From: a virus
Strand: one strand, 5' to 3'
Length of the DNA: 64,000 nt
IMG/VR virus record: IMGVR_UViG_3300034954_001540
Location: 1-64,000 of that record
Position 1 is the first letter of the stretch. Every line of letters starts with the position of its first letter. Under the pieces are notes generated by a model. It ran no database searches. It had not been told where the DNA came from and saw nothing but the letters and a program-made list of their open reading frames with translations. Both the position numbers and the translations under genes were made by a program. Shown in pieces: positions 30,323-42,800 of this stretch.

Positions 30323-31915
30323 ATGGGAGCAACGGCAAGTTTTAACGATGCCACTGACATTCTTACGGTAGCGGCGGACGGTCTCCCCGCTCCTGTAAGT
30401 TTTGGCACGTTTCCTAATGAAAACAACCCTAACACGGTAGCAGAGCAGGACTTTGATCATGCTTTCACTTACCGTGGTGGATCCTTTGGTATTAGTCGTA
30501 CTTTCGATTCTGCTACTTGGAATCAAGATGGATTCATTAGATCCATCACTATATCTTTGAATGACAATTCTTTGTTTGGAGATGAGATTCAGGTAGGTGA
30601 CAGACTAATGTTTACCTTTAGTGATGGCATTAAAAGAGTATTCCTTTATAAGGGCACTACTTTTACATCTATTGAAGATGAATGTTGGTTGGCAACATCG
30701 GATAGACTTGACTTGATTATGAGAGACCAAGAGTCTCTTACAACAGGCACTTATGAGTACTATGATCAACGGAATGGCAGAGGTGCAACTCCTCTGGGCA
30801 CTATTGGCATTGCCGCTAACGGCGTTGCTTTGTTTAACCCTTCTGCGGGTAATGGTGGTAACCCGCCAGTAGGATTCAGTTGGAATGCCCACTACCCACA
30901 ATCCCCCGTGGACTTTGGTGATGATGATTGTGGTGGGCATCCTGAGCAGAATGGACAGTATCACTATCATGACACGCACTTTCTAGATTGTTGGCGTGCT
31001 GGATCAGCGATGGCAGGATACAATGATTATTATGGAAGCACACAATATAATGGTGACAACCTGAGACATCCTGACGGTCATTCTAAGATCGTTGGTATTG
31101 CGTTTGATGGATTCCCCATCTATGGACCTTATGCTTACGATTCACCTTGGGATAATCTGAGTGGTCCTAGAATTATGTCATCTTCCTATGCAACTAAATC
31201 AGTTGAGGCAGATGGGAGACCTGACTATGGTAATACTATCCAAAACCCTCCCGCAGGGGCACTGGTCGAAGACTGGGAGTATGTAGAGGCAACTGGTGAC
31301 CTTGACTACCATAATGGTAGATTTTGTATCACACCAGAATTTCAGAATGGCACATATGCATATTTCTTATCTGTAGATCCAGAAGATCTTGATGCTCCTG
31401 AGTTTCCATACATGATTGGAAAGTCTACTAGAGAGACTATCAATACAAACTTTACATTACAACCACCAACAACTCCTGGCGGTGGTGGCGGTGGTGGAGG
31501 GACACCACCTCCTGCTGCAACTCTGGTGTTTACACAACAACCTCAGAATGCAACAACAAATCCTGGCGAGACAGCAACGTTTACTGTGCAGGCAGAGATT
31601 ACTCCAGAAAACGGACCTATTGCATATCAGTGGTATCGATCCACAGATGGTGGTTTCGCATTTGCTGCTATCACAGGCGCGACCACAAACTCTTACACTC
31701 TCAGCACCCTAGGATACATGACGGGATACAGATTCCGTTGCCGTATCATTGGACCTTTGGGAGTCCCAACCCAAGCGGAAAACTCACCTCTTGACTCCAA
31801 TGCAGCAGTATTAACTGTCACTGGATCTGGTGGTGGTAGCGGATCTACCGCTAATAGATTCGACAGCACGCAGAGCACACTGGACTCTACGGCGCAAACC
31901 TTCGATGGCACCTAA
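30323..31915 (+). CDS. YHYH-domain structural protein with Ig-like domain
   Basis: IGIAANGV, GGHPEQNGQYHYH, HSKIVGIAFDGFPIYGPY and DLDYHNGRF. Ig-like FTQQPQNAT...YQWYRS...YRFRC. Confidence 0.85.
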   Translation: MGATASFNDATDILTVAADGLPAPVSFGTFPNENNPNTVAEQDFDHAFTYRGGSFGISRTFDSATWNQDGFIRSITISLNDNSLFGDEIQVGDRLMFTFSDGIKRVFLYKGTTFTSIEDECWLATSDRLDLIMRDQESLTTGTYEYYDQRNGRGATPLGTIGIAANGVALFNPSAGNGGNPPVGFSWNAHYPQSPVDFGDDDCGGHPEQNGQYHYHDTHFLDCWRAGSAMAGYNDYYGSTQYNGDNLRHPDGHSKIVGIAFDGFPIYGPYAYDSPWDNLSGPRIMSSSYATKSVEADGRPDYGNTIQNPPAGALVEDWEYVEATGDLDYHNGRFCITPEFQNGTYAYFLSVDPEDLDAPEFPYMIGKSTRETINTNFTLQPPTTPGGGGGGGGTPPPAATLVFTQQPQNATTNPGETATFTVQAEITPENGPIAYQWYRSTDGGFAFAAITGATTNSYTLSTLGYMTGYRFRCRIIGPLGVPTQAENSPLDSNAAVLTVTGSGGGSGSTANRFDSTQSTLDSTAQTFDGT

Positions 31916-31918
31916 ATA
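31912..31918 (+). promoter_or_regulatory. putative late promoter (CTAAATA)
   Basis: At the gene junction, 22 nt before the ATG at 31941. Confidence 0.6.
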
Positions 31919-31940
31919 ACACTGTAGAAATCTACCAACC

Positions 31941-33425
31941 ATGGCAAAGCAGAATCTTAGTATTGGAGCGTCAGCAAACGACGGGACAGGTGATAGTCTC
32001 AGAGATGGTGCTATCAAGCTGAATAGCGTTATTGACGAGATCTATACCGCTCTTGGTAATGACACCAACTTGTTGGTGAATGTCGGCACTCCTGCCTCAG
32101 GGCAAGTGTTGAAATGGAATGGATCTCAATTTGCTGAGGGACATTTTGATGCACTGAGTGCAGACCTCAACGTCAAGACACATAAAATTGTGTCTGAAAG
32201 TAATGGAGATATTAACATCCAACCTGATGGTAGTGGTGATATTAAATTCTGGCGTGGTGGTGCTGGTAGCGCACTGGCATATGTTGACGGTGCTGATGGA
32301 TACTTTAAGTGGTCTGCTCCATATGCAACCTTGGCAGATCTACCTGATGTAGCAACACACCATGGTATGTTTGCTCATGTCCACGCTGAGGGACATGGTT
32401 ACATGGCACATGGATCTTGGATTCAGTTGATTGATTCCACATCATCCATTGGTGAGTTGACTGACGTTGACATGACAGTCGGCGGTGGTCCTTCTGATGG
32501 TCAGGTCCTTAAATGGTCTGCTGCTAATAGCCACTGGTATCCAGACAATGATGAAACTGGATCTGGCGGTGGTGGTGGCACTACACAGAATTTATTTGAA
32601 GGTATCAATGCTGATTCGGGGTCTACTACTGCGAGTGCTCCTACTGATGTGCTTACTGTTGCTGGTGGCACTAACATCTCCACATCTATTGCTGGAGATA
32701 CCCTAACAATCAACATGACGGGGACGTTGGGCGATGAAGATCAAAACCTCTTCTCTGTTATCGGCTCTGACTCAGGGTCGAAGACGGCTAATTCTACTAC
32801 TACTGCTATTAACTTTATCGGTGGCACTGGGATCACCACTGCTATTTCTGGTGATAATCTGACGATCACAAATAGCTCACCCAACGCGGACCAGTTTATT
32901 ATTCAAGGTGTTAATGGTGACAGTGGATCTTATACCTCTGCTGATGTTGAAGGGGTAATCACGGTCGCTGGTGGTAATGGTATTACTACATCCGTTTCTG
33001 GTAGCACAGTTTCTATTGTTGCTGATCTGTATCTTACCAGTGGCACAACCCTGTCGGAAAATCAGAATTTCATTACTAATGCGTCTGGTGAGGTTGAAGC
33101 AGTTGCAACTCCTGCTGTTGGTTTTGAGATTTCTGGAAGCACAAGTACTGGTTATAACTTCAGCAATAATGGTTGGAATGGTAGTGGTAACCCAACAATC
33201 TATGTCTATCGTGGATTCACTTATAGGTTTAATAACACCACTGGATCTGGTCACCCATTTGCTCTGAGACAAACAAATGGTGGATCTGCTGTAACTGCTG
33301 GTGTGAGTGGATCTCAAACTGGTGTCCAATATTGGACCGTGCCCATGTCTCTTGCAGCGGGCACAACATATGTCTATCAATGCACCATCCATGGTGGGAT
33401 GGTCGGTAATCTCGTAGTTGTCTAA
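31941..33425 (+). CDS. gp9/gp10-like baseplate-fibre connector with C-terminal cupredoxin-like domain
   Basis: N-terminal MAKQ...G...NDGTGDSLRDG-x-x-KLN matches the T4 gp9/10 N-terminus. GQVLKW and GGTNI/GGTGI/GGNGI fibre repeats. Ends GHPF...YQCTIHGGMVG. Confidence 0.75.
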   Translation: MAKQNLSIGASANDGTGDSLRDGAIKLNSVIDEIYTALGNDTNLLVNVGTPASGQVLKWNGSQFAEGHFDALSADLNVKTHKIVSESNGDINIQPDGSGDIKFWRGGAGSALAYVDGADGYFKWSAPYATLADLPDVATHHGMFAHVHAEGHGYMAHGSWIQLIDSTSSIGELTDVDMTVGGGPSDGQVLKWSAANSHWYPDNDETGSGGGGGTTQNLFEGINADSGSTTASAPTDVLTVAGGTNISTSIAGDTLTINMTGTLGDEDQNLFSVIGSDSGSKTANSTTTAINFIGGTGITTAISGDNLTITNSSPNADQFIIQGVNGDSGSYTSADVEGVITVAGGNGITTSVSGSTVSIVADLYLTSGTTLSENQNFITNASGEVEAVATPAVGFEISGSTSTGYNFSNNGWNGSGNPTIYVYRGFTYRFNNTTGSGHPFALRQTNGGSAVTAGVSGSQTGVQYWTVPMSLAAGTTYVYQCTIHGGMVGNLVVV

Positions 33426-35308
33426 TGCCAAGAACAGTTCCTGGATCTGGTGCCGCTATCTTCCCCGTATTCAATAGTATATTCGGGGTAAGAGAGGTTT
33501 ACGTTACTGCTGGAGGTAGCGGGTATGACCCTGCTGATCCTCCTAGACTTCGTATTGAAAATTGTGGCACACCAATTAGGGATGCTGTGCTTAGACCAGT
33601 TATTGAAGGTGATGCTGGAGAGATCACTGCTGTTGAAGTGCTTGATCCAGGCGAGGGATATGATCCCATGCGTTTGGAAATTGAAGATGATGGTGCAACT
33701 GTCCCTGCAGAAGGTAAGATTTTCCTGAAGCCAGACGGTGGTATTGACTTCATCCAGATGACTCAGTTTGGTGATGAATATTTTAATGCTACTGCACAAG
33801 TTAGAGGTGGTGGTGGATCTGGATCTGAATTGGTGCCTATCACAGGTCTGGTTACAGGTCTTGCTATTGAAGAGTTTGGTAGAAACTATACAGAAGAAGA
33901 CGTTAATATCATCATCTCAGGTGGTGGTGGATCTGGTGCAACTGGTGTTGCTGGCGTCAACCCATTCGGTAAAGTTACTGCAATCACACTTACCAATGCT
34001 GGTGAATTCTTTGAAGACCCACCTCTGATTCAAATTATTGGTGGTGGTGGATCTGGTGCTAGTGCTCAGGCATATATTGATCTTGGTGCTATCACAACCA
34101 TTGACCTGCTAACAGGTGGTGATGGTTATGTTAACGCTCCTCAGGTTATCTTTACTAGAGATACAAACCTGATTAAGACTGCACGAAACAGACAGTCTCT
34201 AAACTCTGTTGTTTACAATTTGTCAGGTATTCTTACCGACGTAACCACTGGTGCTCAGACAATCTATACTGAGTCAACTGCACCTTATCCAGGATCTGGT
34301 AAGGTTTTGCTAGGTAGAGAGATTGTCAGATATACAGGTAAAACTGCAAACTCTTTCACTGGATGTGATAGAGGCACAAACTTCCGTTTTGATCAGAAGG
34401 TCATTCTCGACACATTGCAGAATGATCCTATCACCAATGAAACACTTTATTCTTTTCAGGTTACTGACAAAGTAAGACGTGTAGTTGAATCTGCAACTAA
34501 CAGAGTCGCTATCGTTTATGACTGGGATCCTGTTGAGAGAGCACTTTATCTGACCTTTGAGGTTGATGAATTGGCATTTATTGATGCTGGTAGATCAAAC
34601 GAGAAGTCTAAAATTATTGCATTCTTTGCAGGTACATCTGCATCTTCAGGCACTGGTGTTGCACCACATACTTTGGTTGAAGTAGAAGGTGAAGATATTG
34701 TTGCATTTACTAACCCTTTGTCAATCATTCAAAACAGAAAGTTTGAGGATGATGACGAAGAGTTTACAGATGCTAATGGTGTGCAACAGTTTGGAGATGG
34801 TATTCCCGATCTTCTCAATACTGGCACGGACTATGAAAACCAGATCAATCTAGATGGGGGCATCGCCTCGTCTAAATATGGTATTGAGGAAGAATTAGGT
34901 GGCACCAACACTACGCTCTTCCAAGTGGGTGATCAGATCTATGATGGTAGTCCTAACCAGTTGGTTGCTACTGTCCAATCTGCAGGTGCTCTGGGTGATG
35001 GAGATGCTCACATCTCTACTGCAACTATTACTATTGAATATATTACTGCATCTCTGTTTAATGTTCCTGGTGCTGGTGGCGAAGAGACAGTCACTGGTCA
35101 AACCTCGGGTATTGCAGCAACAACTACAAATAGAAGACTTGGACCTAAGGCAGGTCAATTCTATCTAGACGTTAAGTCACTGGTTGCTAATGACCCAACT
35201 TATAAGTTTACTCCTGGTGAGCAACTTAACGGAAACTCCTCTGGCGCTCAAGCAAGAGTGCTTGCTGTCGAGTATAACAACTTCCTCAGAAATGAGGGCG
35301 AGTATTAA
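33425..35308 (+). CDS. virion structural protein
   Basis: 627 aa with GGGGSGA and G-x-GY-x-x-x-P repeats like those in the giant protein. Coupled start (TAATG). Confidence 0.75.
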   Translation: MPRTVPGSGAAIFPVFNSIFGVREVYVTAGGSGYDPADPPRLRIENCGTPIRDAVLRPVIEGDAGEITAVEVLDPGEGYDPMRLEIEDDGATVPAEGKIFLKPDGGIDFIQMTQFGDEYFNATAQVRGGGGSGSELVPITGLVTGLAIEEFGRNYTEEDVNIIISGGGGSGATGVAGVNPFGKVTAITLTNAGEFFEDPPLIQIIGGGGSGASAQAYIDLGAITTIDLLTGGDGYVNAPQVIFTRDTNLIKTARNRQSLNSVVYNLSGILTDVTTGAQTIYTESTAPYPGSGKVLLGREIVRYTGKTANSFTGCDRGTNFRFDQKVILDTLQNDPITNETLYSFQVTDKVRRVVESATNRVAIVYDWDPVERALYLTFEVDELAFIDAGRSNEKSKIIAFFAGTSASSGTGVAPHTLVEVEGEDIVAFTNPLSIIQNRKFEDDDEEFTDANGVQQFGDGIPDLLNTGTDYENQINLDGGIASSKYGIEEELGGTNTTLFQVGDQIYDGSPNQLVATVQSAGALGDGDAHISTATITIEYITASLFNVPGAGGEETVTGQTSGIAATTTNRRLGPKAGQFYLDVKSLVANDPTYKFTPGEQLNGNSSGAQARVLAVEYNNFLRNEGEY

Positions 35309-35312
35309 CCCC

Positions 35313-35319
35313 ATAAATA
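35313..35319 (+). promoter_or_regulatory. putative late promoter (ATAAATA)
   Basis: Intergenic, 24 nt before gp8. Confidence 0.7.
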
Positions 35320-35343
35320 AATCTATAGGATAATTGGTAACAA

Positions 35344-36879
35344 ATGGCGCTACTAACCGACCAATTTAGAATTTTTACTGCCAGCCGACTTATTAAGTCC
35401 CTGCAAGGTCCTGACCCTGCTCAGTCTGATAACGATGCTGGAAGTAGTCGTGACCGTCTGTACGTTTTCATTGGTCGTCCCCAACCATGGGATAACGAGA
35501 ATGCAGCGCCAGACCCCGTGGACTCTTTCCAAGAGTTTAGTGATGACTTCGCTGACATGATCTCCATGAAGCGTGTCCTCGCAAATGACACCATCCAAGT
35601 CATTCGTCGTACTGACTGGATTCCCCCAGAGCAAACCACTGGTGGTCTGGGTTATGTTTATGATATGTATCGCCATGATTACAGCGCAACCAAAACGGCA
35701 TCGTCGGGTGCTACGAAACTTTACGACGCAGATTTCTACGTTGTTAACTCGTCCTATCAAGTTTACAAGTGCATTTACAACGGGACATCTCCTTCTGATC
35801 CTAACGGTAAACCTTCTACTGTTGAGCCTACTGGCACCTCCACTAGCATTATCACAACTGCTGATGGTTACCGTTGGAAGTATATGTATACGATCCCTGT
35901 TGGTCTAGTCCTTAAATTCTTCTCCAACGAATACATGCCAGTGCTGGAAGATACCGCTGTGGTGTCTGATGCAATCGGTGGTGAGATTGATACTGTTATT
36001 ATTTCTTCTTCTGGTGCAGGATACAACAATGGCACTTATGAAAATGTCCCCATTAAAGGTGATGGCGTTGGCGGGCGTGTTTCGCTTGTTGTTGATGGTG
36101 GTCGCATTGTGTCTGCCACTGTTACGTCAGGTGGATCGGGATACACCTTCGGAAAAGTCATCATCGATGAAGTCAACGGTATCGGTGCAGGTGCAGGATC
36201 AGGCGGCACCGTCGAAGTGATTATTCCTCCTACCACAGGTCATGGTGCAGAGCCAGCGACTGAGATGGGTGGATATCGAGTAATGATCAACACGAAGTTT
36301 ACCTACGCTGAAGGTAGCGGTGACTTCCCAACTGATAACGATTACCGTCGTATCGGTTTGGTGATCAATCCTAACAAATACGGTACAACAGAATTGGCAG
36401 CAGATCTTACTCTGTCTGCTACAAAGTCAGTGATCTTTGCTCCTACCTTTACAGGTAACTTTGCTACTGACGAAATTATCACACAGTCCCGCACGATTGG
36501 TGGTCAGCAAGTGACTGCTCGTGGACGTGTTATCTCATGGAATAGCACTACTAAAGTGCTCAAGTATTACCAGAATAGAATCGATGGTGTCTTCCCAGAA
36601 TTCACTGGTAGTCTGATTGAATTTGAGGGTGGTAACCCTGTCGTGGGTGCAACATCTGGTGCATCTGCTGACCCTGATATCAACTTCCCCATTGTCTCAG
36701 GATCCTCTACTCGTGTTATTAACAACACTGAGTATGACTTGGGTATGTCCTTTACCAACGGTTATGCAAAACCAGAGGTTGAGCCAAACTCGGGTCGGGT
36801 TATTTACATAGATAATAGAGGTGCGATTACTCGTGCTGGTGACCAAATTGAAGACATTAAGATCGTAGTAGAGTTCTAA
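35344..36879 (+). CDS. g8: baseplate wedge subunit gp8
   Basis: LYVFIGRPQPW, YDMYRHDY, FYVVN...VYKCIYN, DGYRWKYMY, DYRRIGL and YIDNR...EDIKIVVEF. Confidence 0.92.
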   Translation: MALLTDQFRIFTASRLIKSLQGPDPAQSDNDAGSSRDRLYVFIGRPQPWDNENAAPDPVDSFQEFSDDFADMISMKRVLANDTIQVIRRTDWIPPEQTTGGLGYVYDMYRHDYSATKTASSGATKLYDADFYVVNSSYQVYKCIYNGTSPSDPNGKPSTVEPTGTSTSIITTADGYRWKYMYTIPVGLVLKFFSNEYMPVLEDTAVVSDAIGGEIDTVIISSSGAGYNNGTYENVPIKGDGVGGRVSLVVDGGRIVSATVTSGGSGYTFGKVIIDEVNGIGAGAGSGGTVEVIIPPTTGHGAEPATEMGGYRVMINTKFTYAEGSGDFPTDNDYRRIGLVINPNKYGTTELAADLTLSATKSVIFAPTFTGNFATDEIITQSRTIGGQQVTARGRVISWNSTTKVLKYYQNRIDGVFPEFTGSLIEFEGGNPVVGATSGASADPDINFPIVSGSSTRVINNTEYDLGMSFTNGYAKPEVEPNSGRVIYIDNRGAITRAGDQIEDIKIVVEF

Positions 36880-36882
36880 CCG

Positions 36883-39800
36883 ATGCCCCAGAATACCAAT
36901 CTAAATATTGCTCCTTATTTTGACGACTTCGATAAGGACAAGAATTTCTACCGAGTGCTATTCCGTCCTGGTTATCCTATTCAGGCGCGTGAATTAACTA
37001 CTCTACAATCTATTCTACAGAATCAGATTGAATCCATTGGTCAGCACTTCTTCAAAGAAGGTGCCATGGTTATTCCTGGTCAGGTTGGTTATGACCTGAA
37101 TGTGCAGGCAATTATTCTGCAACAATCTTTCTTGGGTGTCGATGTTGAAACCTACAGGACTCAACTTCACGGTCAGATCGTTGAGGGCATCACGACTGGT
37201 GTGAAGGCGAAAGTCTTGTACTCTATCTCTGCTGCAGAATCTGAGAGAGGTTACGTCACCCTATACGTTAAGTATATCGAGTCTGGCGATACAGTTTCTG
37301 ATACTACTATCAAAGGTTTCCAACCTAACGAGCAGTTGCTTGCTGAAAACGAAATCACTTTCGGCACTACACTGATTGAAATCGGATCTCCCTTTGCACA
37401 ACTTCTTCCTGTTGATTCTACTGCAGTTGCATCTGCAGCATACATCAATAATGGTGTGTACTTTATTAGAGGTCACTTTGTTGATGTCCAATCAGCAAAC
37501 CTGATCCTTGAGCAATATAGCAATAATCCTTCTTATAGAATTGGTCTTGAGGTTAGTGAATCTATCGTCACTCCAGAAGACGATCCATCACTGAATGACA
37601 ACGCTGCAGGCACTTCAAACTACTCAGCACCTGGCGGTCACAGATTTAAGATTAAGACCTCTCTAGTCAAGAAAGCAATCAATGATTCAACTGACAAAAA
37701 CTTCGTTGAATTGCTACGAATCAACAATAGTAAGGTTGAGCAGTTTGTTGATTCTACTGCATACTCTGAGCTTGAGAAGTCTCTTGCACGTCGGACCTAC
37801 GAAGAGTCTGGTGACTATGTTATCGACACTTTCAGTATTAAGGCAAGAGAGTGTCTGGATGATGGTTTTAACAACGGCGTCTACACTCCTACTCAGACGA
37901 CTCAGCAAAACAATACTCCTACAGATGATCTCCTAACATATGAGATCTCACCAGGTAGAGCATACGTTAAAGGTTACAGGACTGAATTCCTTACACCTCA
38001 ATATGTTGATGCTGCTAAACCTAGAGATTTTGCTTGTGTAGAAAACGGCATTATTCACTTTAGACTTGGTAACTTTGTTAAGGTATACGATCAGTATGGT
38101 TGGCCTAACCTGACTGGTGAGGGTGTGTCTGATGCATATCAAGTTATTGAATTGTATGATGACTGGAATACTGGTGTATCTAACTCTGTAGTTGGTAACC
38201 AAATCGGTCGTGCTCGTGTTGTCCAGATTCAGATCGATCAAGTAAACCAGTATGACATGTGGTTCTTTGACCCACAGATGTTTACTGCTATCAACTTTGC
38301 AGCTGGTAATAACTCTGTTTCTATTGGTGATGTGCTTAGAGGTCGCACCTCTGGTGCTCGTGGTTTCGTTGCTGACAATGGTAGCGGCACCCACTGTAAA
38401 CTGGAGCAGGTCTCTGGTGTCTTCCTGAATAACGAAGTTATTGAAAGAGACGGTCGTGTGATCGGCACCTTGGAAGCAGCACATACCTATAACTTGTCTG
38501 ATGTCCGTCGTTGTCTTGGTAGAAACTCTAGCAACGTTGTGACATTTGCAGCAAACTGGTTGCTCAACGATAACGCTTCTATTGAATCTTCTACTGTTAC
38601 TCTTAGCGGTAGTGGCACTCTTGCTACAGGTTTCAGGACCAAGTTTGCACAGGATCTACGTCCTGGCGATGTTGTTACTACAACTGCATCTGGTCTGAAT
38701 GGTAGCAATACTGTAAGAATTAAGAGAGTTGACCCAACTCTGATTGCTACTAACACTGGTAACATTGCTACTGGTGGCACACCAATCTTTGACTACCTCA
38801 ACCAAACTGCTATTGTTGATGCTTCTCTGAAGAAGGGCACTGGTAACGCAGACGGTGAATACGCTGAGATGGTTAGGATGCGTCCTTTCATCTTCCAGAA
38901 AGATTATCAGAATGGTGAGTTGTCGATTGACACACCTCGCACATCGATGAAGTCGATCTCTGATGAATCATTCTTTGTCTATAGGACATTTGCTAACAAG
39001 ACTGTTGTGTCTGGTGGTGTTACTGTGTCTCTGCCTGAATCAGAGCAGTTTGCATCTCTTGACAACGAAAACTATGTCTTGACGATTGTTGCTGAGTCTG
39101 GATCTTCTTATAGTGTTGGTGACAACCTTGACATTGATAACCTCAATGACCTTGGATCTCTTACTGTTACCTTCGGTGCTGATGCACAGTCTATTACCAT
39201 CTCTGGTTTGACTAACGTCAACACTGTTAAGTTGACCGCTCTGATCTCTAAGAATATCGTCACCAGAAAGATTAAGACTGCCGCTAAGATGCGTGCATTG
39301 AAGGTGACCCGCACAAGAATTAACAATGACCAAACCAAGTATGGTCTGGCATATGGTAACCTCTACGGCACCCGTATTGAAGACGAAGAGATTTCATTCG
39401 CACTGAATGATGTTTATAAGATTCATGCTGTATATGAATCAGAAGATGACAACGATGCCGAATCACCTTATATGGTGTTGTCGGAATCTACCTTCTTCGA
39501 TAATGGATCAGTTGTTGTTGGTAAGACATCGGGTGCTCGTGGTCGAGTCATTCAGTTTGTTAACGCAACACTGAGACTATATTTTGTTGCCTTGAATGAG
39601 ATTCCATTCATTCCTGGTGAGACCATCGATGGTGTTGATGATGATGGCAATCCTCTGCAGGCAATCGTTGATGACTCTGAAGGATCTGTTTCTAAAGGAT
39701 CTAAAGTTATCACAACTCAATTTGAGTTGGAGTCTGGTCAGAAGGCACACTTCTATGATGTTTGTAAACTGACTCGTCTTCCTGGTTTCTCTCCCCCAAT

Positions 39801-42800
39801 CCGTAAGATGCTGGTAGTCTTTGACTACTTCTTGCATGAGTCTTCAGGTGACTATTTCTCCTCCCAGTCTTATACTGGTATCCTTTATAAGGAGATTCCA
39901 AAATATAAACTGGATGGATCGATTAACTACCTCCGTGACCAGATTGACTTCCGTCCTGGCATCGGTGAATTGGCATCTGGATCAGGTACGATTACTGCAC
40001 CTTTCTTTGTGAATTGTGCTTCGCTTGATTTTGGATCTAGACAGTTTGATACCTCTGGTGGTGTTGGTGGATCTACTATCTTCGATATTCCTAAGGTTAA
40101 CACAGAATTTAGATGTGACTACTGTTTCTATCTTCCTAGAGCAGACAAGTTGTATCTGACACACGACAATCAACTGAAGATTGTGAAGGGTGTGTCCTCC
40201 GAGGATCTTCCTCATCCTGATAAGATTGACAATGCGATGCTTCTCGCAACGATTGAGATGCGTCCTTATGTCTATGACGTTGAGCGTGATGTCCTGATCT
40301 ATCCTGAGATCATCCGTCGCTATACCATGAAGGACATTGGCGATCTGGAGACTAGACTCTCTCACGTTGAATACTATACTTCACTTTCTCTGCTGGAAGT
40401 ACAAGCAGACAATACTAAGACATACGATGACAACGGTTTCGACCGTCTGAAGAATGGTTATGTTGTGGATGACTTCACCGACCACACTGTTGGTGACGTG
40501 CTCAACATTGACTATAAGTGCTCTATGGACTTCAAAGAGGGTCACCTCCGTCCTTCGCACTACACTACTAACGTGCCTCTGCAGATCAACATGGCTGCAT
40601 CCAGCAACGTCGTTAAGACTGCTGGAAACATGGTGATGCTTCCTTATGAAGATCTTGCAGTTATCACACAACCTTATGCATCTAGGACTGAGAATGTTAA
40701 CCCATTCAACGTCTTTACCTTCATCGGTCGTATCGACCTAACACCTGCATCTGACGACTGGATTGATATTGAGCGTCTTCCTGCTCGTGTTGAAAACGTT
40801 GAAGGTGACTTCTCTGCTGTTGCTAGAGACCTTCAGATTGACCAGAATGGTTTTGCTCCTATCCAATGGGGTGGTTGGCAAACTAACTGGACTGGTGAAT
40901 CACTGCAGTCTACTTCTAGATTCTCTAACAGATCTGGTAGTTTCTCTGCTGGTGGTCGTAGACTCGGTAGATTGGGTCATGGTCAGGGTCGTCAGCCTCT
41001 CTTCTTGCATGAGAGACGCACCTATCGTGTTGTTAACAACCAAGCACGTCAAGGCGTGAGAACTCGCGTTACGCCCAAGATTGATAGAAAGTCTTTGGGT
41101 GATAGCATCCTGTCACAAACAGCAATCCCTTGGATTAGATCCAGAAATATCGGTTTCAACATTGACCGTCTTAAGCCTCGCACAAGAATGTATTTCTTCT
41201 TCGATGGCGTTAACGTGACTGGTTATGTGACACCTAAAGTTATTGAGCTTACTAAGTCTTCTACTTCTGATCCTAACTCCAACGAGACACCTTTCGTTGT
41301 TGGTGAGACCGTAGTGGGTCAGACCTCTGGCGCAAGACTTAAGGTTGCCGCTGCCAACGATGGTTATAAGACTGACCCTTATGGTGTTGGCGATGGTGCT
41401 CTTGCAGAATCTTATGCATCGCAGACTAGCTTCCTTAACATTGACATCACTGCAATGGCAGAGACAGTCAACCCTAACTTCTACGGTAACGTTAACGTGG
41501 GTGAAGTCCTTCTTGGACTGACCTCTGGTGCTCGTGCTGTTGTTAGAGATCGTCGTCTGCTGTCTGATAACATTGGTAACCTGCAGGGCACTCTATTCAT
41601 TCCTTCTCCTAAGAATGATTCTAACCCACGTTGGGCAACTGGCACAAGGACAGTTAGAGTTACGACTTCTGATGTGAATGATCGTACACCTGGCAACGTG
41701 GACTCCTCTGCTGATGCTACTTACTCGGCAAGCGGCACATTGCAGACAGTTAGAGAAAATATCCTTGCTGTCCGTAACGCTGAAATCGTCCGTGACACGG
41801 TTAACGATGAGAGGACTGTTATTACAACTAGGACTGAGCAACGTCAGATTGGTTGGTATGACCCTCTTGCACAATCCTTCATTGTTGACGAAGAAGGTGG
41901 TAGTTATCTGACTGGTGTTGATGTCTTCTTCAGGACTAAGGATGCCAACATTCCTATCTCTATTCAGATCAGGACCATGGAGAATGGTTATCCTACTAAG
42001 GATATTCTTCCTTTCTCTGATACTACTATCGATCCTGACACTGTTGAGTTGTCGGAAAACGCAAGTATTCCTACTAGATTTACATTCAGATCTCCTGTTT
42101 ATATTAAGTCAAACATTGAATATTGTTTCGTCCTTCTGTCTGACTCCAACGAATATAACGTTTGGATCTCCAGAATGGGTGACATCGATGTATCTGGCAC
42201 AAGGACTATCTCTGAGCAACCATATGCTGGTGTGCTCTTCAAGTCACAAAACGCATCTACATGGACTGCTGACCAGTATGAAGATTTGAAGTTTACCATG
42301 TATCGTGCTGAGTTTACTCAGAATCTGGGCACCGCGCTGTTTAACAACGCTGAGCTTGGTAAGGGTAACGGTGGTATTCACAGACTGATTGAGAATCCAA
42401 TCCAGACTCTGAAACCTAAGCAAACTCTCACACTCCCTGTTGGTGGTAACTATACATTCACAGTTGGTGCAAGAATCGTCCAGACACCTTCTGGTGCAGA
42501 AGGCACGATTACTGAATTCGATGCTGTGTCTGATCCTGAGACTATCACCATTACTGATATTGAAGGTATCTGGTCATCTGGTTTCTTGGATGCTAACAAT
42601 AATCCTTTCCAAGGTATCGCCTCATCTCAATCTGTCGCCACGATTGTATTGTCTGCAATCTTCAACGGCACCTTTGAGATTGGTGATGTGGTCAGTGGAT
42701 CTACATCTTCTGCAACTGGTGTTGTCACAGCATATGACGTTGGCACTCAGACTCTGACACTTAACTACATTACTAGAGCATTCGATGTTTCGGATACTCT

